A DNA stretch of 64,000 bases from the NCBI GenBank assembly GCA_951406725.2, contig OX597818.1, positions 65,162,001 to 65,226,000 of the forward strand. The letters run 5' to 3'. Under the pieces are notes generated by a model. The model made no database searches. It was not told the DNA's origin and was given only the letters and a program-made list of their open reading frames with translations. The stretch comes from Octopus vulgaris. Taxonomy: Eukaryota. The stretch's first letter is position 1. The number at the start of each line of letters is the position of its first letter. Below are positions 41,181-55,490 of the stretch, piece after piece. The translations under genes were made by a program, and so were the position numbers.

Positions 41181-42394
41181 CGTACGTTAGTTGACAAGAT
41201 TATAGATTACATTTCGTGTGTATACACAATATGGCTTCCAGGTGCTGTCTCACAAGGGAAATATGAATACAAAATTAGATTCTGATTCTCAGAAAATATA
41301 TTGAATGCAATATTATCCATATCAAACTGAAAGTATATAAAATATATTCGCCATGTCACCAGTACCACTCTCTCTATATATATCGACTTTTTCTGTGTTT
41401 GCCAGTGAAATGTACACTAGCAAACATCTAGATTACACGAATATATTTATTTGTTTATGGATAATACGCTTGGATGGTACAATAGCGAGCCTTTGAGTAA
41501 AGATTAAGGGCGAATGAATTGAATGGATATGATGCTTTATTTAATCATATCTACTGCTTAGATAAAAGCTGATAGAAAACCGAAAGAATCTTTATACCAA
41601 TTCGAAATGGAGAATGTTTTCTGAAGGGATTTCGGATGGCCATTTCGTGTACACAAAGAAACTGAAATCAAAGATGCACGGCTTAGTTTTAATCAGTCTG
41701 AGAATAGTTATGGTTCCTTCCAATAACAATGAAAGAATATATTAAAGATTCCATATCAATTGCCTTCAGCCAATGAAATGCAAATCTAAAAGAATTCTGA
41801 TCTGGACCAATAAAAGAGACGCGCTGAAAGAATTTCAATTAAATTTCGCACATTGTGGAACGGAATTAGAAATGCTGTCGAAGCAATGATTATTAGGATA
41901 TAAAGGAAGGGGAAGCATATAATATTAACTAGCCATGTTCTTTGATGTATCAAGATTTTCAAGTTCAATAATTACGCAATAGCGGGAAACATATTTTGTG
42001 AATAAGTTTCAGGTAAGTTTGAATATATTGACAACATTCAGTCAATGGTAGTTCAAACATTATGAGATGACTGTCTATTTGAAAGGGAGGTGAATTGCGT
42101 ATCGGATACGTTTGATAGTCGACCGCTGGCAAATAATACGAAGAAACCGAAGCCGATTACGTTATTTTAATCATTTTCGCTTTAAACATTTTCAAATGTA
42201 TCTACAAGAACCACACCTTGTCTTTTACATTTCTTAAGCATTCATGTCCCCAGCAACACATCGATAATCAATCACATCATCACTAACGCCTTTACTGGCA
42301 TCAACCACTTCTGATCGTGCAGAAGAGTAAATTATTTTTCTGTTTTTAATATTAGCACCGTCACCGCCATCATGATGATTATCATCACCACCGC

Positions 42395-42395
<1 letters not shown>

Positions 42396-42446
<51 letters not shown>

Positions 42447-42486
42447 GTCGTCGTCGTCGTCGTCGTCGTCATCATCGTCATCATCA
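42396..42486. repeat. (CAT)n/(CGT)n compound microsatellite
   Basis: Direct reading. Confidence 0.95.
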
Positions 42487-43262
42487 TATCATCTTGTTTC
42501 CTTTTATGGTTTCCACTGTCGTAACTCCCATAATCGTCGATTATCCCAACGAGAAAACCAACACAATTATCTTCTCAAGGATCTTTTCTTGTACTAACCT
42601 CATTATTGTCATCATCACGTGCACTTTATCATATCGTCAGCATCATAGTTGCCATCCCCATCGTCAGGAATCTGTTCGTCATCGACACTTTTAATATCTG
42701 GCATTTCTATGCAGGTAGTGTTCGATAGAATGCCCCCTTATTTTCACACGTATCCAAGTGGCATCTATTGATGCGGAATATAAATATTTATACAATGTGA
42801 CTTCTCGCTGACGCCTCAGGATTACTTCTTCACTAAATAGCACCAATATTTTTAAACAATCATTAAATATACATCGATGTACCAATATATAAGTCTCTCC
42901 CGTCTGCACGAATTGCTCTCTCTCTCTCTCTCTCTCTCTCTCAGGTTATCGTGACTCAACAGGTATTTACAAAGAATGATCGTCCTCCGACTATACTTCA
43001 TCTAAAACAAACTTTGAAATCCAGTGTCGTGAGCAAACGTCTGGCTACGATAGAAAGCTCGCTTTTTTTTCAGAACAAATTGTGGAAACCAGAATTCATC
43101 TTTGTATAAAACAACACTGACTACAATATCGCTCTGAATCAGACAAATATAAATGGCACATCGTAACCATAGAAACAGCTCGGCAACATCGCTTTGAAAT
43201 TCGGGAACAATGTCAGCAATTTCGGGTTAGTGAGTGCTCAATTGGTATTTATTATCAGCCAT

Positions 43263-43497
43263 AAGGCGGTGAGCTGGTAGAAACGTCAGCACGCCGGGCG
43301 AAATGCTCAGCGGTATTTCGCCTGCCGTTACGCTCTGAGTTCAAATTCCACCGAGCTCGACTTTGCCTTTCATCCTTTAGGGGTCGATAAATTAAGTACC
43401 AGTTACGCACTGGAGTTGATGTAATCGACTTTTTCCGTTTGTCTGTCTTTGTTTGTCCCCTCTCTGTTTAGCCCCTTGTGGGTAGTAAATAAATAGG
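43263..43497 (+). mobile_element. SINE family A inserted into an older minus-strand family A-like copy (about 43195-43627)
   Basis: TSD-like (gg)tatttattatca(g/a)cca on both sides; older copy's head at about 43570-43627. Confidence 0.85.
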
Positions 43498-44479
43498 TAT
43501 TTATTATCAACCACGAATCTTTTAAATGCAAATCCTCAGCAGAATGGGAACTCAATGTGAACACAAGGATGAAATGCCGCTAAGCACAGTAAGCACCGTA
43601 CTGACGATTCTGCTAGCTTACCGCCTTCTACAGCTCACTAATATCATTATATATTTCGCTTAGCAGATAACTGGCTTCCCAGACGTGGTGCATATCACAA
43701 TATATTTGATATTCCTTTTGCTACTAGCATCCACTTCATATTCAGCGTAATTTGCTTCTATTTTATTACCTTCGTCTCTACAGGACTGAATATTAACGTA
43801 CTTTGTGTTATGTAGTTGCGCATGTCTATCAACGCCATCATACTTTTTTTTTCCTCTAGATTTACAACATAATATATAATTGAATTTACCGACAGCTTCT
43901 ATGAATAACAGGCCGCAGCCGTATAAACATTTCGGAAACAGTTCAGTGTATGATAGCTGTAGTACAACTTCAATAACTATAATAGACAGTATGAAATGTG
44001 AATAGAGTCCTTTTCCCCAATTTTACACACAAACGCATGTACACACATAACAGACACACAAACACATGCGTATATATCTCAAAATTCTATAACTGTATTT
44101 CGTGTCTATCACAAATTTATTGGAACGTGTCTGTTCTTGTATTCAATGCCATTTAAATTCATAGATTTTACATCTTTGCATATGACTCACTACAACTCCC
44201 TACTGTATGATACAGAGAAGCTTCACGAATCTGGCATTAGATGAAAACCATGAAGTTCATCTTCCTAATAAACTGTTTTAAAAAACACGTACTGCAATCA
44301 TAATTATGAAAGCAATTATATCGCATTAAAAATGAGAGATAAAGCATGCTTTAGGTTCAAACGCAGAACGAGAACAAAGAGATAAGTAAAACGAAGTTAT
44401 CATACTGCTTCAAACGAGTGCTTCAATCAAGGAGAATACGTACACACATACTTTGACTCAAAATGGTATACACATCTAG

Positions 44480-44598
<119 letters not shown>

Positions 44599-44765
44599 GT
44601 GTGATTGTGTGGCATTGGGTTTGCACGTCCGCTGTTTTCACTTCCATCGAGTAATTAGTTTGGAAGAATTTCAGTGGTAGGAGCGTGACGAAAAGGAGAA
44701 AAGGCATCATGAAAGGTGGCATTTTGGGCAGACTATAAGAAATCTAATCACCAAACTTAAACAAA

Positions 44766-44970
44766 GTATGGCGTAGTGGTTAAGGGAGCGGGATGCTAAC
44801 ACTAAGATTCCGATTGCGATTCAGGCAGTGACCTGAATAATGATAAACATATTAATAATAATAATAATAATAATATCTAAAAAATGCCTCAGGAATGAGA
44901 ACTCAGGTAGGAAATTTCCCCAGGATAACTGATGAAAGCGAAACGTCCAATGCGAAACGTCCAATGAGGC
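44766..44970 (+). mobile_element. SINE family E, 3'-truncated at the hammerhead
   Basis: gtatggcgtagtggttaag head, AAT tract, aaaatgcctcaggaatgagaac..aactgatgaa, then tandem gcgaaacgtccaat x2. Confidence 0.75.
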
Positions 44971-45038
44971 ACAAATGAATCTTACATTTTCACATACCGC
45001 AGCAATGGTGAGTGCCATCTCCATCCGATATATACATA

Positions 45039-45247
45039 TTCTTCTTCTTCTTCTTCTTCTTCTTCTTCTTCTTCTTCTTCTTCTTCTTCTTCTTCTTCTT
45101 CTTCTTCTTCTTCTTCTTCTTCTTCTTCTTCTTCAGCTACTACTGCTGTTTAAACAATTATTAGTAGTAGTAGTAGTAGTATTGTTATCGTTATTGTTAT
45201 TGTTACTGTTATTGTTATTGATGTTGTTGTTGTTGTTGTTATTATTG

Positions 45248-45303
<56 letters not shown>
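45039..45303. repeat. Compound (CTT)n-(TAG)n-(TTG/TTA)n microsatellite
   Basis: Direct reading. Confidence 0.95.
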
Positions 45304-45305
<2 letters not shown>

Positions 45306-45509
45306 CTTTTGCAGATCGCGTCAGCGGGAAATATTATATGGAGAAGAATACTATAGGAAAGTTTTCCTATCACGAAGAATATTAATATAATTGAGTATGA
45401 AACATGAATGTATGTATGCATGTATATATATATATGTATGTGTGTGTGTGTGTGTGTGTATGTGTGTGTGTGTGTGTGTAGAAGGCTGGAAAGGAACACA
45501 CGAGTTGAT

Positions 45510-46412
45510 ATATATGGAAAAATTCAAGGTAGAAAATGCTAAAATGATTTTATAAAAATCATTTCGGTACCGGTTTCAGTCATTGAGAGTTTTTCAACTG
45601 TAAGTATGGAAAACAATTAAATTTTGGAAAAAATGAAAGAAAAGTTTTTTAAAAGAATATTTTTATAGTGTTCAAATACAAGGGGCATTTTCCTTGCTTC
45701 TGCCTGCCTCTGTCTCTCTTGTTTATTTTCTTGTCGTTTCGAGGTCATTGTGAATTCTTCGCAGGGAAGAAGAGGAAGAAGAAAAAGAAGGGGGAGGAGG
45801 AGAATAAGAATGCAGGTGTGCCATGATAGTAGTAGGATATTAAAAGGTCAAGTGCCTTAAAAATGCCTTGTTGTGGATGGTAGTAGTGATTGAATTCCTG
45901 AAACATCTCTTTTGAATGCTTTGTTTATAAAATTTGCATTCAATCATTACCATCATCCACAACAGATCTTTTTCAGGGCACTTGACCATTTAAAATCCTA
46001 CTATTATCATGGCACTCCCATATTCTTCGTCTTCTCCTCCTACTCCTCCTCCTTCTTCTTCTTCTTCTTCTTCTTCTTCTTCTTCTTCTTCTTCTTCTTC
46101 TTCTTCTTCTTCTTCTTCTTCTTCTTCTTCTTCTTCTTCTTCTTCTTCTTCTTCTTCTTCTTCTTCTTCTTCCCTGCCAGGAATTCACAACGACCTCGAA
46201 CCCACAAGTGTTGACAAGAGAGACAGAAACAGGCAGAAACAAGGAAAATGCCACTTGTATTTGAATACTATTCAAATATTCTTTTAAAATCTTTAAATCC
46301 AAAATTTAATTATTTTCCATACTTATAGTTGAAAAATCTCAATAACTGTAATCGGAACTGGAATATTTTTAATAAAATTATTTTAGTATCTTCTATTTTG
46401 ACATTTTCCATA
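45510..46412. mobile_element. Inverted pair of PLE-type pseudo-LTRs (arms about 45510-45895 and 45938-46412) with expanded (CTT)n in the right arm
   Basis: Diverged but collinear reverse complements (tgccatgatagtagtaggat/atcctactattatcatggca; ggcattttccttg/caaggaaaatgcc); HHR-like TTGAAAA..GAAACCGGTA near the outer end. Confidence 0.75.
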
Positions 46413-46428
46413 TACATACATACATACA

Positions 46429-46461
<33 letters not shown>

Positions 46462-46471
46462 TCATACATAC

Positions 46472-46575
<104 letters not shown>

Positions 46576-46770
46576 ATATATATATAAAAAGTCTATGTGG
46601 ATTACTTGATACAGTTTTGAAGTGTAAAGGTGATCTTTTAAAAAAGGTATTTTATTTATGAGATGTAATCTGAAGTGCGGATGTTACTAACATTTCTTGG
46701 GAGGTATTTTTTACTAGTATGTGAACGCTTTCGTTAAACCATTTTAAACATGATATATATATATATATAA

Positions 46771-46815
<45 letters not shown>

Positions 46816-46911
46816 GAAAGAGAAAGAGAGAAATATAGAAAGGGGCCGTTAGAGAGATAGATATATAGATATATGCAATCGTACATAAATACACTCTCTC
46901 ACCCTCCCACA

Positions 46912-46999
<88 letters not shown>

Positions 47000-48557
47000 A
47001 ACACTTCTCAAATGATTTGCATCTGTAGACGAATATAAAATTTGTTGCAGATAAATTTACTTATGAGTAAAATATATAGATACTACATTTTGATTTTTCT
47101 CCATTTTTTATGTTTGCAGATAAAATGTAGTCACCGATACTATGTTAAAATCTTCGATTTTCGCTAATTGCTCTCTGTTTTCTGAAAACAGACACGTTTT
47201 ATTTTTCTTGAAATAAACAACATATATTGTTTTGTGAGATATGCATTTCTGAAAACATATTATACCATAAAACCATACTTACGAAATTTAATTTTGGAAC
47301 AGAATAACAGGGTATAATTGAATATAATCTTGCAAAAAACAAAAAGAGACATGAAAATATTATTCTGCGCAAAAAATATTCTATCTCCTATGTGTGAATA
47401 CATAAATGGAGATGTGCCAATCTTTTTTGTCCCACTTAAATTGTAACTGATTGATTCAAATTAGAATTTACACTCGAAAGATTATTTGGAAAGAAAAATA
47501 TCTAATTCTTATCAGAAAGAGTCAGTCTTTTTGCTAAACATATTTAACTAGGCAAGACAATAATGGGAAAGATAAACTAGAAGAGAAATGTTATTATCAT
47601 TTCGAAAATAGATATAGTTTTCAGAAAACGTAATGAGTAAAACATGAAATAGGTGTTCAAATGCAGCAACACTGTGAAAACTAAATCCGGAGACAGATAC
47701 ACAAGTGTTTAAAGGTTATCATAGAAGGATTATTCCTTTTCGATTAAGGAGTCTCTTAGTTCATGATTTCAGTGTGGAAACCCTTAAAATCTGGTGTTAT
47801 ACTTCTCTAAACAACGGTTAACATCTATACCATTGTTCAACAAACACCCATTTATTATTTAAAGACTATCAGATCACATAAATACTATAGTCTCGAATGA
47901 AGCAATAAGCTATAAGTATTACAAAAACGCAACACTGGATGCATTGTTTTTTTGATTACATATGTCGAACTGAATGAAGTCTGCCCTAAATTCATAGCTA
48001 AAGTGACATTTCAGTTTTAGACAGAAATTGTGTCATAGAGTTTGGTTTCCAGTAGTATTTGGTCCAGAAGATTTGTTCATCAAGAAATTGTAGGAGCTTT
48101 TGGAAATCGACATACAAGAAGTCTAAGTGTTCGCAGAGTTCACCCTTCTTGTATGTTGTTTTCCAAAAGAGATAACTCTAACACAGAAGTCGTGGACCAT
48201 TCTAAATGGAATCTGCTTACCGATTTTATTCTTTCAAAAACCTGCTGATTCGGAACGGTGTTATGGAGGGGGGCATGGTGTGAAACTTCTTAATAATTAC
48301 TTTATTCGTGTTTATTGTTTGTTTTTGCTGCTGGTGAAGTTCATCAGCCCGAAGCGTGAAGGTATATTTCAATGTCTCTTTGGCGGGAAATTAATAGGAA
48401 AATCTAGAAATGCATTATGTCATCACTTTTATGATGACTGAAAATTATAATTCTGAACAACCTTTATATTAATTCGGCCAAAATATGTGCAATATGTGTC
48501 TACATAGGCATGAATGCGTACACGATACATACATATATACGCATATATATAAGTGTA

Positions 48558-48652
<95 letters not shown>

Positions 48653-49734
48653 TATATATGTGTCTATATTTATATACAAATATCGGTGTGTGTATGTATG
48701 CGCATCTTACATAGAGGGAATTAAATATGCTTATATTTGTATATATCAACTGTATGATATATTTCATTTAACATTGTGTATGTTATGGGCTTAATCTTTC
48801 TCTCACCCGCCCACACATATATATACACACACACACATATATATATATTTGTATATATCTATCTATACATACATTCCTTCCGTCTAATTAAATAATATTA
48901 GTTTCCATTTACATTAACACTTTCAAAATAATTTGTTTTATGTTGTTAGTTTACGCATGATGTTTTATACATGTCATATTATATTTAAATATTTAATATA
49001 TGTTATGTTATATTTGAAGTCTGTTCGCATCGATAATATATGAAATATTATGTTTGCATGTTTTATGGATTTAATTTAATAATATAATGTTTAATTTAAT
49101 AATACAGTGGATTAATGATTTTTTTTTTTTTTTGCTAATTTCAAATATTTGATATAATTTTCAAATATCAAATTTCTACCAGACGAAATGGAACATGAAA
49201 TATTGTGTATGTTATCTATTGCATTTGTGTATCTAATCTTGATGCATGGTTTAAACTGTCAGGGAATATAATATTTTGAAGAGAGGATTTCAAACTGGTT
49301 GTTTCGAACTGTTACAACATATGTTATATTATCAAAATATGGAATATAGATTCTAGGAAAATCAATAATTGATACCCTTTCCCTTTGATATGATTATATG
49401 ACTACCTTTTATCCTAACAATACGACTAATAAACGATTTAGAAAGATTGATTTTAATACAATAATTTACTATGTAAATAGTTTATTTCAGACGTATATGA
49501 CAAAGAAAAAATAAACTTATTATTCATATATTCACAGCACGGAAACTATGATATATACTTAGATAAAACAAAACTAATTACTAAATACATGTTATAAAAC
49601 AAATCAACATATTAGAATCGTTTAATTGTAGTATTTTGATTAGGAAACTTTTGTAGTTTTCATCGAAATATAGTGTTATCTCTGATCACAGTATTAACTC
49701 TGATCACGAATAAACCGTGCTCCCCCACTCTCTC

Positions 49735-49803
<69 letters not shown>

Positions 49804-49807
49804 AATA

Positions 49808-49852
<45 letters not shown>

Positions 49853-50419
49853 AACATTATATGTACAGGATCCAGATCAAATTGTTACTATAATTTATTC
49901 CACAATTTGTCTAGACATGTTTGTCAATATGTTCTGCCAGACACAACGGAACCGTTCTTATGTTGCAAGAATTATGGTTTCTGAAACATTGTTAGTTACG
50001 AGAGATCACTCATGCATTGTACAAGGAAGGTCACTGGAATGCATCATATGAGTTATTTACAACGTTCCAATGGAATGATCTAATATACTTATTAACTAGC
50101 AGCTTTATTGCCTTCACGTTGGATAATCTTTGGAAATCACGCTACTTGTGAATTGTTCTAAAGTTTAAAGAATGTGCCAAAATATACTTTTTAATGTCGA
50201 TTGTTTAAACCTCGCCAATGTTTTCTGGTTGCTACTTAATATGGTGTCCAGCCAATGAAATAGAATTTATGGACATTAAAATGCCGATAAATTATTACCT
50301 AAAACTCAAGGAAATATGTGAATTATTATATCTATTTCTTTTTTAACCTAATGGATCTGAAGAAGGTGCAGGAGCCACGGCCATTGTAGATCTTCTTATG
50401 TTGTAGAATATGGTGCCAT

Positions 50420-51130
50420 TATGGTTCTTGTATTTTGAAATTTTTCAAAGTACACCTGCAAGATTGGAAACCAAGATAACCAACGTTGTGCAAAAGAAGG
50501 ACCTGCTGTATTGATCAGTGTGGTGTTTAGATTTTGTTCGGTACAGCAAAAATTATTAGAGTAGAGGTCTCGGTAAAGGGGTGGGGAATGATTGACAGAA
50601 TGTTGCATTGATTTAGCAATCTCTGGCAAGCAGAAATTAGACATTAGTGTTAAAGATGAAAGGCAGAAAAATGGAGACAGCGTGATTGGGGTCATATGTC
50701 ATGCGCTGTCTACGAGTTATTTTATTTGCGATCCAATTCTGGATCGAAAGATGTCTTTTTGTGCAGCTTCAGCATCGCCTCAGATGCGGAGCAAATAAGC
50801 CTTTGTGTGGATCGACTTGAAGCTGTACAGATTCGATGCCTTTGGTGGCACAAAGTATCTTTGAGCCTTAAAAGGACAAGTCTATTGTTGAGATGTTATC
50901 CTTGCTATGTTAAAGAATATGCATTTGCAAAAGGAGATCTTTGTTTTTGAATAAAATCTAACAAGTGTAGCAAACGTGTGAGATTTAGCTGTGAGCTGTT
51001 CGTTATTAACAGGTTGTTCTTTTCGTGAGATGTGTGCTGTTTGTATTTTCTCGACAGTTGAACAGAAACGAACAAAGGGTAAAGCGGGACTTAACACAAT
51101 GTGGTATAGAATGCGTTCCGTGAAAATAAG
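50420..51130 (-). mobile_element. Decayed CR1/L2/Jockey-type LINE ORF2 C-terminal remnant
   Basis: Eroded motifs in broken frames resembling LY..QV.P...Y.S.IW, FCL....C.PE.A and SF....W...FP.....FK of LINE RT C-termini. Confidence 0.5.
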
Positions 51131-51506
51131 AGACAAAACGACGGTGTGAATTTAAGTTAGAGTTCCAAGAGGTGAGGGACTGATTGAATCTAATGGGAGG
51201 TTATTTCGTAAGGGAATTAAACATAACAGATATAATTGCAAGTTGAGAAGGACATCATCACCTTTATTGAATTTCTGCAAATCTCAGAGCCACTTCTGGG
51301 TAACCTGAAGTTCTAGATTTACTGAAAGTGCAGCGAATGTCATTAGACAGGAAGTGGCTTTATGAATATACTACTAAGTGTTCATAATATTTAAGGAAAT
51401 TTCTTTTTCGTTACGAAACTGAATTTGTTCAACTTGTTTCATCGTATATATTTCTATAGTTATTCAACTAGAGACATACAATAATTTTATGTATGTTATA
51501 CATCAG

Positions 51507-51890
51507 AGGCGCAGACATTACTGAATGGTAAGAAGCTTGCTTCACAACCACAGAGTTCCAGGTTCATTCCCACTGCGTGGCATCTTCGGCAAGTATTTTC
51601 TACTATAGCTTCGGCTCGATGAAACCTTTATGAGTGGATTTGTTAAACGGAAACTGAAAGAAGTCCATCGTGCGTGTGTGTGTGCCTCTGTTTCTGTGTT
51701 TGTGTGCATCTGTTTGTCCACCGACAATGTTTGATAACCGGTGTTGGTGTGCTTACATCCCCGTAACTTAGTGGTTTATAAAAAGTTAACGTTAGAATAA
51801 GTACTACGCTTAAAAATAAGTTCTGCTAAATATTTTTCAAGTTGTTGCTCCAGCATTGTCGCAATCTTTTGATGGAAAGAGACAAAATAT
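51507..51890 (+). mobile_element. Older SINE family B copy
   Basis: ggtaagaagcttgctt..cccactgcgtggca..ggaaactgaaagaag..tagaataagtact..gctccagcat. Confidence 0.85.
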
Positions 51891-52368
51891 AATGAAAAGC
51901 TTATATATATATATATATATATATATACACCTACGGGTGTATATATTGCGAAATGAGTTTTTGGAGAGCGTATGTAAGTTAGTACTTATATCAAGATGTG
52001 CGTGAGCTTTAAAATTATTGGAGAATCGTTAATGATTTCATATTTCTCTTTTAGTTTGTCTTCTATAATTAAAAAAAGAAAACAAAAGGTAAAAAAGAAT
52101 CACTTCCGCCTTGAAAATTAGTTATGATGTTCTTTAAAATTTAAGTAATTTCTCAAATTTCATCCTCGTTATATTACAAATAAAGTTGGTCGATGATGAT
52201 CAATAAGACATCATCTATCGTTATTGGTTCTTTGACATATTTTTTATCTTCTTGTAACGCATCTTGCTTTTCTGTTTTATGAAAAAAATCTCATTCTAGC
52301 TTATACACAAGCATACGTACACACACATATGTGTGTATATTCGTATGTGTGTGTGGGTGTGCGTTAGT

Positions 52369-52413
<45 letters not shown>

Positions 52414-53294
52414 TATACATATGTGTGTGTATGCGTGTGTGTTGTGTGCGTATGTGCATTTATGTATATGAAGTACATATGCTTCTCTGCGTTTGATGAT
52501 TTCGCTTCGTTCCCATGTATGTGTGTTAAAGAATTGATTTGTTTATTTATCAATCTTATAAATGTTGAACTGGAAATATAATATCTTTGCCAGGATTTTC
52601 TTAATATTGATTGAAATGTCAGAAAGTTAAAGACAAAAAATTCTTCTTGATGTATATACTTTCCTTCTTTTTTTTTCTTTCCTGAATTCTACTTTTCAAT
52701 TAAGCTCCACAAAATGATTACTATTTTTTTTTTATTCTGCATAACTGGTATTTAATTTCATTAACTTTTCTTTATTATTTTTGGAGAAAATAAATTAATA
52801 TATTATTTGAAATTATTATATTACGTTTCCTCTAGGTGATATATTTTTCTCCAGATTTACGCATGCATCATTATTATTTGTAATAATCTGTATTAAATAT
52901 GTTAAATTCTAAGATACATGTTCACTTAATATGAGTGGAAAATATGTATTTTTTCCTTTGTACGAATATTTCAATATTTTTACATAATGCGAAGTGAGAT
53001 TACAGGTTCAAAATATATCAAAGTCGATATTACTATATGCTTATACCGTTTTATATTCTGGGAGTAAAATATCAACCGGGAACCTGATTTCTCTATACTA
53101 TCAATACTCTTTCTTTCAGATCATTATTTTTATATACATACACGATTAGATTAGGTGTATTTGAAGATTAGAAAGAGCAAGAACTATACACTCCAGGAAT
53201 TAAGGACCATCCGCTTTGTGGTATTGGAAGATTTTTAGTACAAATAAACACTACCACGTTGTTAAATTAAAATGCAGCTCTGTTAGTATAGGTT

Positions 53295-53505
53295 TTTCTA
53301 CTCTAGGGACGAAGCCCAAAATTTGGGGGCAGGGGGAAGTCTATTAGATCGACCCCAATACACAACTGGAACTTAATTTATCGACCCCGAAATGATGAAA
53401 GGCAAAGTCGACCTCGGCGGAATTTGAACTCAGAACGTAAATACAGGCAAAGTACCACAATGTATTTCGCCCGGCGTGCTAACGTCTCTTTCAGCTCGTC
53501 GCCTT
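53295..53505 (-). mobile_element. SINE family A monomer (alternative 3' tail)
   Basis: ggcaaagtcgacctcggcggaatttgaactcagaacgt; tail ttttctactctagg..cccaaaatttggggg. Confidence 0.88.
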
Positions 53506-54088
53506 GCTCTCTAAGTATAGCGTCTTCATCCGAGACCTGGTCCGGAGATTTTCGTCTAAGTGTGCTTCATAAACAATACTCATCCCACCGGTAATGGCCT
53601 ATGTGTAAAACATAAGGTCAAATCTAATTAGGTTTGTAAAGAGTGCAGATTCAATTAAGGTAAAAAAAAGCAAATATAAACAATTAGAAGTAGTGTCATC
53701 ATTTTTACTTATTAAGCAATATATAATTTACTTTCCTTTTGACTTATAAACAAAATCCCTTCAGCATTGTTCCATGAACTTTACAATTTTTAAATTCTCA
53801 ACTCGTAAGGGACAATTGTTGCATTGCAACAAGTCTTCATCTTCTCACCTACCATTTTCATTATGATGACGAACTTGAGGGACATGTGCAAGTTCGGTAT
53901 TATAGTGTAGTACACAAAAAGCGGGTGTTAGATCAGTATCCATAGAAGTATCGCGAGAAACCTTCATTCAGAAGGCAATCCAAACTTTGGCTGTTGGCGG
54001 AAAAACGCGAGATAGAAATCTAAAATAATTTTATCTTCAGAAATTCAATCTGTTGAGTTTTAATATACGAAACACATGAAAATGAAAT

Positions 54089-54478
54089 AGGCGCAGGAGT
54101 GGCTGTGTGGTAAGTAGCTTGCTAACCAACCACATGGTTCTGGGTTCAGTCCCACTTTTAATCTTGGGCAAGTGTCTTCTGCTATGCCTTGTGAGTGGAT
54201 TTGATAGACGGAAACTGAAAGAAGCCTGTCGTATATATGTATATGTATGTGTGTGTGTGTTTCTGTGTCTGTGTTTGTCCCCCTAGCATTGCTTGACAAC
54301 CGATGCTGCTGTGTTTATGTCCCCGTTACTTAGCGGTTCGGTAAAAGAGACCGATATAATAAGTACTGAGCTTACAAAAGAATAAGGCCCGGGGTCGATT
54401 TGCTCGATTAAAGGCGATGCTCCAGCATGGCCGCAGTCAAATGACTGAAACAAGTAAAAGAGTAAAAAGAGTAAAGAG
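54089..54478 (+). mobile_element. SINE family B
   Basis: Intact 5' aggcgcaggagtggctgtgtggtaag; ends in aaaagagt repeats. Confidence 0.92.
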
Positions 54479-55104
54479 ACCGTGGATGCTTTTCAAAAAT
54501 AAGAGATTTCAGGATACAGATTTCGATGCAAAACTTGCTTGCGCTGATGCTATAAGATGCCAATATCGAAATCCTATTAAAACCTAGGATATAGATCAGA
54601 TACCAACACATTACCTCCAAGTAGGATTTCTGCGAAACTTAGTATGTGATCCTGAAACACGGATTGAGGGCGACCAAGAGGATATAAAGAAAACAATTAC
54701 AAGTGTAATTGTGTTTATTCGAAGGGTTGCTATATAATGTTACGCAATTAGGTGCATATATAAGAAAGAAGCTGGAGTCTCCTCGGTGCAGCCATTAATT
54801 CTCCGCTTTGAGAAGTGACAGATCTGGTAGGAGACACATGTTATATTAGAATGTCAGAGCAACGTCAGTCGTTGAGAAAGAAACTTACCATCACATTGCT
54901 TCACTATGCTGGCAAAATGAGTAATGATCAATTCACAGGGCGAGACTTGTCACATTCTATGACATGCTGAATCTCGCTGAGAAATACACACGAGAGTGCG
55001 TGTGTGTGTGTGTGGAGTGTTTGCACGTTAATTGCAGGACCAGGCACTTCCGTTGATCGTATCATCTGCAACACTGGTCGTTTTTAACCGATGGAGATTA
55101 AGGC

Positions 55105-55434
55105 AACACACACACACACAGGCACTCACTCACACACACACACATACACACACATACACACACACACTCACACACACATACACACACACATTCACTCACA
55201 CACACACTCACTCACACACACACACATGCATACTCACACACACTCACAGACACACTCACTCACACACACACACTCACACACACATACACACACACTCAGT
55301 CACACACACACATACACACACATATACACACACACATACACACACATACACAGACACACACACACTCACTCACACACACACATACACACACACATACACA
55401 CACAGTCACACACACACACACTCACACACACACA

Positions 55435-55484
<50 letters not shown>

Positions 55485-55490
55485 CACACA
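55105..55490. repeat. Degenerate (CA)n tract of about 390 bp
   Basis: Direct reading; similar cryptic tract at about 38940-39270. Confidence 0.9.
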
